A stretch of DNA of 64,000 nt from Fimbriimonadaceae bacterium (lineage in GTDB: Bacteria > Armatimonadota > UBA10988). Below are positions 9,709-19,621 of this stretch, one piece after another (the stretch's first letter is position 1; the number at the start of each line of letters is the position of its first letter). The notes beneath the pieces were generated by a model. That model was not told the DNA's origin and searched no databases. It saw nothing but the letters and a program-made list of their open reading frames with translations. The position numbers and the translations under genes are program-made. The stretch is from NCBI GenBank assembly GCA_020850355.1, contig JADZEX010000081.1, positions 131,113 through 195,112 on the forward strand, written 5' to 3'.

Positions 9709-11295
9709 TCAGAACCCCGCCGCCTGGCCATCGCCGCGGGGGTCGGCCCCGGCGGCCAGGCCGTGCTGGTCGAGCGTGATCACCTGCGCATGGCCACAGG
9801 TGCCGCTCCGCTCGCCGAGCCGCTCGACCGGATGCCCCAGGCGACGCAGCCCGTCGATCACGGCGTCGCCCAGGCGGTCCTCCAGTTGGACGCACGGCCC
9901 GCGGTCGGTGTGCCCGTGAACCCAACGCGGCAGCTCAATCGCCTGCTGCGGGTTGAGGCGATGGTCGATCAGCGCGGTCAGGATCTGGAACAGAATCTGC
10001 GGCTGCCCATCGCCGCCCATCGTCCCCGGCACGATCACCGGCCGGCCGTCGCGGAGGACCATTGCGCTGACCAGCGTGTGGGCCGTCCGCTTGCGCGGCG
10101 CGAGGGCGTTGACATGCTGCTCATCGAGGCTGAAGTAGCCACCGCGGTTTTGCAGGAACAGCCCGCTGGAGCCGGCCACGAAGCCCGATCCGAAGCCGTG
10201 GTAGAGGCTTTGGATCACCGACAGCGCGTTGCCCGCCGGGTCGACCACCGCAAAGTAGGTGGTGTCGCCGTCGGGCCGCCCGGGACTCGGGTCGGGCATC
10301 GCGTGCTCGGCACTGAGCAACTGCCGCCGCCGCGCGACATAGGTGGGGTCGAGCAGCCGGCGCACGTCCAGCGGGAGCGCGGTCGGGTCGGTGTTGTAGG
10401 CGTCGCGGTCGGCAAAGGCCAGCCGTTTGGCCTCAATCCCCAGGTGCACGGCGGCCACGCCGGCCGGCGGCAAGCGCCCGAAGTCGTGGTCTGCGATCAG
10501 CGACAGCATCAGCGGCAGCGTCCAGCCCTGCGAGTTCGGACCGTGGACCAGCACCTCGTAGCCGCGGTAGGTGGTCCCGACCGGCGCGCTCCATTCGCCG
10601 CGGTGGGCCGCCAGGTCGTCGCGCGTCAGCAGGCCGCCGGCGGCGGCCACCGCGCGGGCGATCTCCGCGCCCAGGTCGCCCTCGTAGAGCGCCCGCCGGC
10701 CCTCGGCAGCGAGCAGCTCCAAGGTCGCCGCGAGGTCCGGCTGGCGGAGCCGCTGCCCCGCCCGTGGGGCGTGGTTGTCCGGCAGTACGGCATGGGTCGA
10801 CGCCGGCCACTGCCGCAGCCGCTCCTGCGCGCCGCGGATCCAGCCCGCCAGGTTGTCGCTGACGGGGTGACCGTCGCGCGCATAGCCAATCGCGGGGGCG
10901 AACAGCTCGCGCCAGGGCAGCCGGCCAAAGCGTTGGTGCAGCGCCTCCCAGCCGTCCAACATGCCCGGCACGTTGACGCTCAGCGGGCCGTACAGGGGCA
11001 TCGTCTGGTGGCCGCGCTCACGCAGCGCCGCGATGCTGGCGTCCGCCGGGCTGCGGCCCGAGGCGTTGTAGGCGTGCAGCGTGCCGCTGGCCGCGTCCCA
11101 GTACAAGATGAAAGCGTCGCCACCCACCCCGCAGCAGGGGACCTGCGTGACGTTCAGCGCCAGGTTGACCGCCAGGCCGGCATCGACCGCCGTGCCGCCG
11201 TCGCGCAGCAGCGCCAGGCCGGCCTGCACCGCCAGGGGATGCGCCGCGGCAATCATCGCGCGGGGGGCCCGCACCACCGGCCGACCTGTCAGCAT
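9709..11295 (-). CDS. ggt: gamma-glutamyltransferase
   Basis: 529 aa. Motifs AAHPLAVQAGLALLRDGGTAVDA and the autoprocessing-site region PGTMGGDGQ...TTHFSV-like (TTYFAVVD). Confidence 0.85.
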   Translation of the reverse strand: MLTGRPVVRAPRAMIAAAHPLAVQAGLALLRDGGTAVDAGLAVNLALNVTQVPCCGVGGDAFILYWDAASGTLHAYNASGRSPADASIAALRERGHQTMPLYGPLSVNVPGMLDGWEALHQRFGRLPWRELFAPAIGYARDGHPVSDNLAGWIRGAQERLRQWPASTHAVLPDNHAPRAGQRLRQPDLAATLELLAAEGRRALYEGDLGAEIARAVAAAGGLLTRDDLAAHRGEWSAPVGTTYRGYEVLVHGPNSQGWTLPLMLSLIADHDFGRLPPAGVAAVHLGIEAKRLAFADRDAYNTDPTALPLDVRRLLDPTYVARRRQLLSAEHAMPDPSPGRPDGDTTYFAVVDPAGNALSVIQSLYHGFGSGFVAGSSGLFLQNRGGYFSLDEQHVNALAPRKRTAHTLVSAMVLRDGRPVIVPGTMGGDGQPQILFQILTALIDHRLNPQQAIELPRWVHGHTDRGPCVQLEDRLGDAVIDGLRRLGHPVERLGERSGTCGHAQVITLDQHGLAAGADPRGDGQAAGF

Positions 11296-11497
11296 CACCG
11301 CTCTCCCCACCACCGGCCACGGGGTGGTGCCGGGAGCGTAGCATACCGGCCGCGGTGGCGTACAGTCGCCCAGCCGGGCGCCGGCCGCAGGGCGGTACCT
11401 GAACCGAATATAACATCGGCCTCTCGCGGGATTCGCCCGCCGCCACCGATTGTCTCTGCGGGGCCGGTAGTTCCGGCTGGGGACCAAGGAGCGAGCG

Positions 11498-12301
11498 GTG
11501 GAGAAGCGGTGGCTGACCGATGTCTCGGAGGGGGCTCCGCAGGCGCAGAGCGCGATTCTGGAAGCGGCCGACGCGCGGCTGCTGCGAGCGCTGCCAACCC
11601 CGACTCTGATCACCGACCGGCATGGCGCCCTGATGCAGTGGAATGGCGCCATCGAGCAGTTGTTCATCGACGAAACGATGCCCGGCCTGGACAGCTCGCA
11701 GAGCATGGCGGGCCTGATTCTGCTGGCCGCCGAGGTGACCGACCGCGCCGCTGGGGGAGCGACGCACAGCTCGATCGAGATCCTGACCGTGCAGGGGCCC
11801 CGCGTGGTGCGGGCCTTCGCGGCACCGCTCGGGCCGAACGCCGACCGGCCCCACGGCTGGATCATCCAGCTCCAGGACATCAGCGAGGAGCGGCGCCTGG
11901 AGGAGGCGTTGCGCACCACCACCGAGCTGCTGGCGCAGGAAATGCAGTTGCCGCCGCAGCTCGCCGAGGCGGTGGAGCAGCCGCTCTTTGTGGTCGACGA
12001 ACGGGGCGCCGTGACGCTCTGCAACCGCGCTTTTGCGGCCGGCGTGCTGGGAGTCGAGCCGTTCGAACTGATCGGCCGGCGGTTCGACGAGTTGCCGGGC
12101 AGCATCCCGCTGGCCGCCGCGGCGATCTGTCAGGGCGAGGTGGACGACCTGTTGACCGTCGAGATCTCGGGACTCGGCCGGCGGATCTGTTGGGAGCTGT
12201 GCCGCTTCCCGGTCTTTGGCGCCAACGAGCTGGTGGCGGCGACCTTGGTGGTACTGCGCCCGTCTGACGAGGTCGGCCAGATGGCGGCGCGGCTGGCCTG
12301 A
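11498..12301 (+). CDS. PAS domain-containing protein (tandem PAS, no output domain)
   Basis: GTG start after AAGGAGCGAGCG. Two PAS-like segments (LITDRHGALMQWNGAIEQLF and LFVVDERGAVTLCNRAFAAGV). Confidence 0.65.
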   Translation: MEKRWLTDVSEGAPQAQSAILEAADARLLRALPTPTLITDRHGALMQWNGAIEQLFIDETMPGLDSSQSMAGLILLAAEVTDRAAGGATHSSIEILTVQGPRVVRAFAAPLGPNADRPHGWIIQLQDISEERRLEEALRTTTELLAQEMQLPPQLAEAVEQPLFVVDERGAVTLCNRAFAAGVLGVEPFELIGRRFDELPGSIPLAAAAICQGEVDDLLTVEISGLGRRICWELCRFPVFGANELVAATLVVLRPSDEVGQMAARLA

Positions 12302-12362
12302 GCGCAGACAACTCGCCGCCGATGCGCTACACTGCCGGCGAACGGACAGCCGGGAGGGTCTC

Positions 12363-13469
12363 GTGGCGGCGGTTGACTTTGCGCTGATTGGTGGGTTTCT
12401 GGGGGCCGGCAAGACCACCACCTGCCTCGCTGTCGGGCGGCTGCTGGCGGCCCAGCAGCGACGCGTCGCGGTGATCACCAACGACCAGGCCGCCGACCTG
12501 GTCGACACCGCGCAGGCCGCGGCGGCCGGGTTGCCGGTCCACGAGATCGCCGGCGGCTGCTTCTGCTGCCGGTTTCAGGAGTTCACCCGCCGCTGCGACG
12601 AGATCCTGGACGAGATCCGGCCGGACGTGCTGCTGGCCGAGCCAGTCGGCAGTTGCGCCGACCTCTCGGCCACCGTGCTGCAGCCGCTCAAGAAGTTCTA
12701 CGGCAGCCGCCTGCGGCTGCGCCCCTACAGCGTGCTGGTCGATCCGCAGCGCCTCAGCAGCCATCTTTGGGGCCCGCTGGCGGCCTCGCCGGTGGGGTAC
12801 CTGTTCCGCAAGCAGCTCGAGGAAGCCGACCTCCTGGTGCTCAACAAGGTAGACACCCTGGCCGCGGCGACGCGGGCTGAGTACCTGGCGCGGCTGGCCG
12901 CGGAGTGGCCCAACACCGCGGTGCAGTCGTTCTCGGCCACCACCGGCGAGGGCTTCGCGGCGTGGTGGGAGCAGGTTGCCAGCAGCAACTCCTGCGGCCT
13001 GCGACTGCTGGAGATCGACTACGACCGCTACGCCGCGGCCGAGGCGGCGCTGGGCTGGCTGAACGCCCGGATCGGCCTCCGCGCGGTGGGCGGGTTCGAT
13101 GGGCGGGAGTTCGCCAACGCCTGGCTGGCCGCCTTGCGCCACGCGGCGGTCCGCGCCGGCGCCGAGATCGGGCACCTCAAGCTGTGGCTGACCAGCCCCG
13201 CCGGCAGCCTCCGCGGCAGTGTCACCGCGGCGGCGGGAGCGGTGCAGTTGAGCGGCGACCCGCTGCCCGCGATTACCGCCGCCGAGGCGATTCTCAACGC
13301 CCGCGTCTGCCTCGATCCGGAGTCGCTGACCGACACCGTCGCCCGCAGCGTGCGGCGGCTCGGCAACGAGCGCCAGGTGACGGTCGAGGTGCGCCGCGTG
13401 CAGGCCTTCCGGCCGGGCTACCCCGAGCCCGAGGCCCGCTTCGACGTGGTCTTCCCCGGCGGCCTCTGA
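12363..13469 (+). CDS. CobW/HypB/UreG-family (G3E) GTPase
   Basis: GTG start after GGGAGGG. P-loop IGGFLGAGKTT. Motifs GGCFCC (CxCC) and LLVLNKVD (NKxD). Confidence 0.8.
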   Translation: MAAVDFALIGGFLGAGKTTTCLAVGRLLAAQQRRVAVITNDQAADLVDTAQAAAAGLPVHEIAGGCFCCRFQEFTRRCDEILDEIRPDVLLAEPVGSCADLSATVLQPLKKFYGSRLRLRPYSVLVDPQRLSSHLWGPLAASPVGYLFRKQLEEADLLVLNKVDTLAAATRAEYLARLAAEWPNTAVQSFSATTGEGFAAWWEQVASSNSCGLRLLEIDYDRYAAAEAALGWLNARIGLRAVGGFDGREFANAWLAALRHAAVRAGAEIGHLKLWLTSPAGSLRGSVTAAAGAVQLSGDPLPAITAAEAILNARVCLDPESLTDTVARSVRRLGNERQVTVEVRRVQAFRPGYPEPEARFDVVFPGGL

Positions 13470-13476
13470 ACCGCTC

Positions 13477-16425
13477 TCAACGCTCGCTGCCGGGTACGGT
13501 CAGGCGCCGCTGGCCGGCCCGCCGCGTGACCCGCCGCAGGCCGCTGCTGGCCGCCAGGTCGAAGGCGCTCAACTGCAACGCCCGCCGGTAGGCGTCGGCC
13601 GCCTCGTCGGGGCGGTCGCTCAGCTCACAGGCCAGGCCGTAGGCTGTCAGCACGGCGTTGTTGGTGGCCGCCGGCTGCCGGCCGGGCAGCGGTGGGCTGT
13701 TGAGCATCGCCAAGAGGCCCGCGCGAGCCTCGGCGGCCGCGCCGTCCTGGTCGTAAGCGCGGACCAGCTCCAGGTAGGCGGTCGGACTCTGCGGGTTCAG
13801 CGCCAGCAGCCGCCGCAGCGTCGCCTGGGCGCGCTCGTCCGCCCCAATCGCCTGCTGCTGCCGGGCCAGACCGCTGGTCGCGCCGACATCACGCGGGCTC
13901 AACCGGACCGCCTGCTCGTACGCCCGGAGCGCGGCCGGCAGGTCGCCTGCGGCCTCGGCCACGGTCCCCAGGCGCCGCTGCCAGAGCGCGTCGCCGGGTT
14001 GCTGCTGCGCCAACTCGCGATAGTACCCCAGCGCGTCACCGCCGTTGACGCCGGTGGCCAGGCCCTGCGTGTCGCGCAGGCTGCGGGTCGGCCGGCGGGT
14101 TAGCAGCTCGTCGACCCGGCGGCCCAGCAGCGGCAGCTCGCCCGCCGCCTGCGCCGCGCTGACAACTGCCTCACCGAGCGCAGCGCTGTGCGGCCGCTGC
14201 CCCAGCAGTTGCAGCCCGCTCTCCAGGCCGAGCGCCCCCTGGCCCTCGGCGGCGAAGGTGCCGAGCCATTGCTGGTAGAGGTAGTTCGATTCTGGCAGCC
14301 GGTCGAGCAGTTCGCGGTACCAGCGCCGCGCCTCGGCCGGCCGACCGGCCTGGGCGGTCGCCTCGGCGAGGGCCAGGCGGTTGGCGTTGGAGGCGACATC
14401 ACGCTGCACGGCGGCGGTGTACTCGGCGACCGCCTCGGCCCACTTGCCCTGTGCCGCGTAGGCGTCGCCCAGCCGGGCGTGCAGGGCGGCCGAGTTGGGC
14501 TGCCGCTGCAGGCCCTCCAGCCAGGTCGCGATGGCGGCGTCGAGCTGTTGCTGCGCCGCCTGCATGTCGCCAGCCTCCAGCAGCGCCGTGCCGTTGCGGG
14601 GGTCGGCCGCCGCCAGTTGGCGGTACCAGTCGTAGGCCTCGCTCAGCCGGCCCTGTTGCTGGGCCGCCAGCCCGAGACTGCGCAGCGCCAGCGGATTGCC
14701 AGGAGCCAGCCCGAGGACCTGCTGGAAGACCCGGCTGGCGCCCTCGAAGTCGTTGGAGTTGCCCAGCGCGCGGCCGTAGGCAATCAGCGTCGGGACGTGT
14801 TTCGGGTAACTGCTGAGCAGCCGCCGACAGAGGCTCGCGGCGGCCACCTGGTTGCCCATCTTCTCGTACTGCCGCACCACGTTGAGGTACAGCAGCGGCT
14901 GCCGCGAGCCAACCGCAATCCGTTCGAAAATGGCGGCGGCCTGCGGGTAGAGCCCGGTCCGTTCGCACGACCAGGCCAGCGCGTAGGCGGCGTCGGGGCT
15001 GATCTGCCGGCGCTCGATCAGCGGGCTGAGCAGCTCCACGACGCGCTCCCAACGGCCGGCGCGGAAGGCCACCGCGGACAGCTCGTGGCGCGGAATCGGA
15101 TCGTTGGGATCGCTACGGTGCAGCGCCTCCAGCAGCGCGATGGCGGCCTGGTCGCGGCCCAGGCGGCGGTAGATCTGGAAGAGCAGGTAACGCAGCGGCC
15201 GCAGTCGCGGGTCGCTGCCGGCGGCGGCCTCCAGGAAGCTGACCGCCTCGGTCAGCCGGCCGTGCGCCAGGAAGCCCTGGGCCAGCGGCCCGGCCAGCTG
15301 CGGGCGGTCGGGCCAGCGCCGCACCAGCTCCAGGGCAACCCGCCGCGCGGTGGCCCAGGAGCGGCTGCGCAGGCAGATGTCGAAGAGCTGCATGCGGAAC
15401 CCGACATGCTCTGGCTGCAGCGCCACCAGCGCCCGCGCGGCGCCCAGGGCAGCGCCCCAGAGCGAGCCGCGGACGGCGAACTGCAGCACCATCAGCCGCG
15501 GCGGCAGCAGGTTCGGCTGCAGCTCGACCAGCCGCTGCGCGTAACCCACCGCCGCGGCGAAGCGCTGCTGGCTGGCCTGATAGGGCGCCAGGAAGCCGAG
15601 CGCCGGCAGCAGCAGGCGCGGGTCGGTGGTCAGCGGCAGCACCCGCGCAAAGACCGCCGCCGCCGCGGCCGGTTGGCGGATCCGTACCAGCAGCCCCGCC
15701 AGGCCCAGCATCAAGCGCGGATTGCGCGGCTCCTGCGCGACCAACTGCCGCCCCAGCTCGACCGCCTCGGCTTCGTAGCCGTGCGCCGCGTAGAGGTCTG
15801 CCAGGACCACCACCACCTGCAGGTCGGAGGGCCGCTGGTCGACGTACTTCCGCAACGCCTTGATGGCCTGCGCCGGCTGCTGCTGCAAGAGGTAAAGCTG
15901 CCCCAGCAGCTTGTGCGGCGTGGGGTCGTCGGGATTCGTGCGGAGCGCGGTGGCCAGCGCCTTCTCGGCTTCGCCGTAGCGCTTCTGGGCCAGCAGACTG
16001 AGCGCCAGGACCTGCCGTGCCTCGCGATCGCCCGGCCGCTTGGCCAACACCGCACTGGCGCTCCGCTCGGCCTCGCGGGGCTGCCCCGCCTGCAACACCA
16101 ACTGCGCGAAGAGCGTCTGCGCCGCGAGGTTGGCGCCGTCCTTCGCCAACACGGCTTTGACCTGCTCCAGCGCCGGCAGGCCCATCCCGCGGCCGAGCAG
16201 CGCGCGCGCCAGGCCGAGCCTGGCGGAGGCCCGGTCGGCCTGCCGCGAGAGGCTCTTCTCGTAGTTCGGAATCGCCGCCTCGAAGCAGCCCCAGCTCGCG
16301 AAGCAGTCGCCGACATTTTGGTAGTAGGCCGCGGCCCTGGTGTCGTCAGCCGGCACCACCGATGGTGGTGGCACCACCCGGGTGGCCGTCAGGCCGAGCG
16401 CCCAGAGCCAGCAGACCAGGGTCAT
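13477..16425 (-). CDS. secreted tetratricopeptide-repeat (TPR) protein
   Basis: 982 aa, N-terminal signal peptide, numerous TPR-like A/L-rich repeats. Confidence 0.75.
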   Translation of the reverse strand: MTLVCWLWALGLTATRVVPPPSVVPADDTRAAAYYQNVGDCFASWGCFEAAIPNYEKSLSRQADRASARLGLARALLGRGMGLPALEQVKAVLAKDGANLAAQTLFAQLVLQAGQPREAERSASAVLAKRPGDREARQVLALSLLAQKRYGEAEKALATALRTNPDDPTPHKLLGQLYLLQQQPAQAIKALRKYVDQRPSDLQVVVVLADLYAAHGYEAEAVELGRQLVAQEPRNPRLMLGLAGLLVRIRQPAAAAAVFARVLPLTTDPRLLLPALGFLAPYQASQQRFAAAVGYAQRLVELQPNLLPPRLMVLQFAVRGSLWGAALGAARALVALQPEHVGFRMQLFDICLRSRSWATARRVALELVRRWPDRPQLAGPLAQGFLAHGRLTEAVSFLEAAAGSDPRLRPLRYLLFQIYRRLGRDQAAIALLEALHRSDPNDPIPRHELSAVAFRAGRWERVVELLSPLIERRQISPDAAYALAWSCERTGLYPQAAAIFERIAVGSRQPLLYLNVVRQYEKMGNQVAAASLCRRLLSSYPKHVPTLIAYGRALGNSNDFEGASRVFQQVLGLAPGNPLALRSLGLAAQQQGRLSEAYDWYRQLAAADPRNGTALLEAGDMQAAQQQLDAAIATWLEGLQRQPNSAALHARLGDAYAAQGKWAEAVAEYTAAVQRDVASNANRLALAEATAQAGRPAEARRWYRELLDRLPESNYLYQQWLGTFAAEGQGALGLESGLQLLGQRPHSAALGEAVVSAAQAAGELPLLGRRVDELLTRRPTRSLRDTQGLATGVNGGDALGYYRELAQQQPGDALWQRRLGTVAEAAGDLPAALRAYEQAVRLSPRDVGATSGLARQQQAIGADERAQATLRRLLALNPQSPTAYLELVRAYDQDGAAAEARAGLLAMLNSPPLPGRQPAATNNAVLTAYGLACELSDRPDEAADAYRRALQLSAFDLAASSGLRRVTRRAGQRRLTVPGSER

Positions 16426-16487
16426 CGCGAGGGCCTATCCAGCAGCCGCGGCAAGTGCCTGGTCGGCCCGGCCGGAGCCAGTCCGCC

Positions 16488-17702
16488 TCACCACGCGCCC
16501 GCCTTCGGACCAGCAAACTGCGACGGCGAGGTACCGTCGTCGAGCAACTCTGGTAAGTTCCGGTAGGACAGGAAGTCGTCGAGCGCGATGCCGGCGAACC
16601 CGGCGGTCCGGGCGTGCCGGGCCAAGACCTGCGCGATGGTCGATTCCAAGAAGACCTCGTCCCGGCGGTGGAGCGAGATCAACGCTGGCACCGGCCGCGG
16701 GGGCAGCCCGAGCTCGAGGCGCAGCACCACCAGCTTGCCGGCCTGCCCGGCGTACTGCATCGTGGCGTCGGCCGCCGCCGCGATCTCCGTGGTGGCCGCC
16801 GGCAGATTGTGCAGCAGCAGCAGATCGCAGAGGTCGGCGAAGTGGTCGCTGGCGGGCTTCAACTGGCCTTGCCAGGAGACCTGACCGCGCAGCCAGGCGG
16901 GCAAGGCGACACCGATCCGAAGGTTGCCCAGGGCGCGGCTGCTACCGAGCCGGGCCGCGTTCTGGAGGTAGCTGCTGAACCCGCTCAACTGCTCCAGGAA
17001 GCTGCGCACCACGAGCTGCGAGTTGAGGTCAGCCGGCGACAGCAGCGCCCCGTTCCGATTGTCGTCGCTCGGCAGGCTCTCCGGGCGGGTCGGCCAGAGC
17101 AACGGTGGCTCGGTCAACAGCGGATCGAGGGCCGGGGAGGGACCCACGCTGTCCGGCGCCAGCGTGCCGGTCTGGTCGACGGCGCGGGCTGGTGTCGCCG
17201 CCACCTCACCGCCGCGCAAGGGAGTCAACTGCGACAGCGCGGGATACTCGACGACCACCCCGTCGAGCCCGCCGCCGGGCCAGCCCTGGCGGTGGATCGC
17301 CAGCAGTTCGTCGGCCCAGCGCAGAGCCTGGCCGACGTCGCGCGACCAGCTCAGGTCACCCGCCAGGGCCCACACCGCGAGACCTTGCTGGTGGGCCCGA
17401 CGACTCAGCAAGACCCACTGGCTACGCCGCTGCAACCGCAGGTCGGAAGCCGCGGCGGGCGTCGGGAAGGCCAGCAGCACGACGCCCACGTCCTTCTGGC
17501 GGCAGAACACCAGCAGCTCTTCGACACGGCGCAAGAAGTCGGTTTCCCGCCACATCGAGAGGTCGCGCACGACCAGCACGCGGCGGGCCTGTTGCAGCGC
17601 GAAGGCGGCGCGGTTCTCGGCGCGGAGGCCGCTGGCAGTGACGTCGGCGCCGCTGACGCCAGCGAGGTGAAGTATCACGAGCAGGCCGCAGAGGCGTCGC
17701 AT
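16488..17702 (-). CDS. secreted hypothetical protein (possible glycoside-hydrolase-like TIM barrel)
   Basis: 404 aa. Signal peptide MRRLCGLLVILHLAGVSGA. No catalytic motif recognised by eye. Confidence 0.45.
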   Translation of the reverse strand: MRRLCGLLVILHLAGVSGADVTASGLRAENRAAFALQQARRVLVVRDLSMWRETDFLRRVEELLVFCRQKDVGVVLLAFPTPAAASDLRLQRRSQWVLLSRRAHQQGLAVWALAGDLSWSRDVGQALRWADELLAIHRQGWPGGGLDGVVVEYPALSQLTPLRGGEVAATPARAVDQTGTLAPDSVGPSPALDPLLTEPPLLWPTRPESLPSDDNRNGALLSPADLNSQLVVRSFLEQLSGFSSYLQNAARLGSSRALGNLRIGVALPAWLRGQVSWQGQLKPASDHFADLCDLLLLHNLPAATTEIAAAADATMQYAGQAGKLVVLRLELGLPPRPVPALISLHRRDEVFLESTIAQVLARHARTAGFAGIALDDFLSYRNLPELLDDGTSPSQFAGPKAGAW

Positions 17703-17773
17703 GGTATCCCTTTCCGACCGGGCGAGTTGGGACAGTGGTGGTATGCTTAGGAGTCTAGCACAAGGAGCCGGCG

Positions 17774-19621
17774 GTGTCCAACGAACGGATCGCCCTCTGG
17801 CCGTTGTTGCTGGCCGGCCTGCTGGCCGCCAGCAGCGGCTGGCAGCGGATCGGCACCGAGCGTGCCAATGGTGCGGTCTGCCTGGTCGTCGACTACGGCG
17901 AGGTCCTGGCCCTGGCCCGCTACGCCAACCAGCCGCCGGCTGCGCTGTTCGCCGAACTGCGGGCCGCTGGCGTGCGCGGCGTGGCGATCGAAGAGCCGCA
18001 GGTTGAGGATCTGGTGCAGGCGGGGCTGCTGCGGGCTTCGGCCACCAGTCAGGGCGTGCTGCTCAGCGGCACGGCCGGCTGGGCGCTCGCAGCCGTCGCG
18101 CGGCAGTACCAACTGCCCCGCAGCGACCCGCTCTTCGTGCCCGTCGGCTGGGCCAACCTGAAGCTGGCCGGCGGCGGCCTGGACCCGGCAGCGGCCGAGG
18201 CCGTGCGGCTGGCTGGCCTGGCGCCGGTGGCGCGGCTACGCAATAACTCCGGCCTCGACGCCGCCACCCTCGGCGCGGCGCTCGACAGCGTGGTGGCGCT
18301 CGGCGCCCGGCAGGTGATCTTCGCCGGCGACGAGGCCCTCGGCTACCGCGGGCTGCTGCCGGCCACCGCCCAGGCGCTGGTCGCGCGTGGCCTGGTCTGG
18401 GGCCGCGTCGAGTTCTCGCAGCAAAAGGGCGAGCAGCGTCTCGCCGAGGAGCTGTTGCAGCCGCCGCTGAACGCCTCCTACGCGCGGGTCCATAGCATCA
18501 CCGAGGGCGAGATGGCCAAGCTCGCCCCGGCGCTGTGCGTCGAGCGCTTCCGGCGCGCCGCCGTCGAGCGCAACATCCGGATCTGCTTCGTGCGGCTGAT
18601 CCTCGACCCCGATCCGCAGATCCTGGCGACCAACACCCGCTTCGTCGGCGACATCGCCGGCGCCCTGACGCGGGCCGGGCTGACCCTTGGGACCGCCACG
18701 CCGTTCCCGCGGTTCACCGTCCACCTGCGCCGGCTGCTGGTCGGTCTGCTGGGGTCCGTCGCGGCTGCGGCCTGGCTGCTGACCATCTTGCGCGGCCCCT
18801 TCCAGCGCCGCCGCTGGGCCGCGACCTGGTTGCTCGGGGCCGCTCTGGGTCTGCTGCTGTGGCTGCTCTCGGACTCCCTGTTCGCCAAGCTGGCGGCCCT
18901 CGGCGGTGGCACGGCGGTCCTCTTGCTGGCCGCGCGCTGGGTTTGGTACCGGCTCAGCGTGGCGCCGCCCCAGAGCCTCGGCGGCGCCTGTGCGGTGCTG
19001 CTGGGCGGTGTGGGCTGGGCGCTGCTGGGCGCCGCCCAGCCGGTGGGCCTGTTGTCGGCCACGCCCTACCTGTTGTCGCACGCCATCTTCAGTGGGGTCA
19101 AGCTGACCCAGGCCGTGCCGCTGCTGGCCGGCGGTCTGCTGCTGGCGACCGGCTGGACCCTGCCCGGCGTGGACCTCGCCACCGCCCGCCAGCGGTTGCG
19201 GCAGTGGTGGCAGCAGCCCGTGCTGACGGCGCACGTCGTGCTGGCGGGCGTCGGCCTGGTGCTGCTGCTGGTGCTGCTGGTCCGCAGCGGCAACGAGGGC
19301 GTCGAGATCAGCGAGACCGAGCTGCGGCTGCGGGCGCTGCTCGAAAACGTCTTCGGGGCGCGGCCACGGACCAAAGAGATGCTGCTCGGCCACCCGGCCC
19401 TGCTGCTGGCCGCCCTGGCCGCCTGGCGGGGCCGCCGCCACTGGCTGCCCGTGCTTTACCTGGGCGGCCTGGTCGGCCTGGTCTCGACCTTCAACACCTT
19501 CTGCCACCTGCACACCCCGCTGACGCAGTCGCTGCTGCGGACCTTCCACGCCGTCTGGATCGGCGCGTTGCTGGCCCTGCTGGCCGGCGGCGCGCTGGGG
19601 TTGCTGAGGCGGCGGTCGTGA
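17774..19621 (+). CDS. DUF5693 family membrane protein (CsaB-associated)
   Basis: 615 aa. N-terminal extracytoplasmic domain then about 8 TM helices. Translationally coupled (GTGA) to csaB downstream, the conserved DUF5693-CsaB pair. Confidence 0.65.
   Translation: MSNERIALWPLLLAGLLAASSGWQRIGTERANGAVCLVVDYGEVLALARYANQPPAALFAELRAAGVRGVAIEEPQVEDLVQAGLLRASATSQGVLLSGTAGWALAAVARQYQLPRSDPLFVPVGWANLKLAGGGLDPAAAEAVRLAGLAPVARLRNNSGLDAATLGAALDSVVALGARQVIFAGDEALGYRGLLPATAQALVARGLVWGRVEFSQQKGEQRLAEELLQPPLNASYARVHSITEGEMAKLAPALCVERFRRAAVERNIRICFVRLILDPDPQILATNTRFVGDIAGALTRAGLTLGTATPFPRFTVHLRRLLVGLLGSVAAAAWLLTILRGPFQRRRWAATWLLGAALGLLLWLLSDSLFAKLAALGGGTAVLLLAARWVWYRLSVAPPQSLGGACAVLLGGVGWALLGAAQPVGLLSATPYLLSHAIFSGVKLTQAVPLLAGGLLLATGWTLPGVDLATARQRLRQWWQQPVLTAHVVLAGVGLVLLLVLLVRSGNEGVEISETELRLRALLENVFGARPRTKEMLLGHPALLLAALAAWRGRRHWLPVLYLGGLVGLVSTFNTFCHLHTPLTQSLLRTFHAVWIGALLALLAGGALGLLRRRS

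Noticed and set aside
9296-12105. N-terminal extensions of ORF-track entries, such as ggt extended to 12105, the amidase gene to 30780, the hydrolase to 9925, the DUF559-Macro gene to 54595 and the CBM/GH gene to 38182.
   Set aside because: The extensions are low-complexity and lack RBS. They overlap convincing genes on the other strand (for example 30478..30909). Homology and signal peptides begin at the internal starts chosen.
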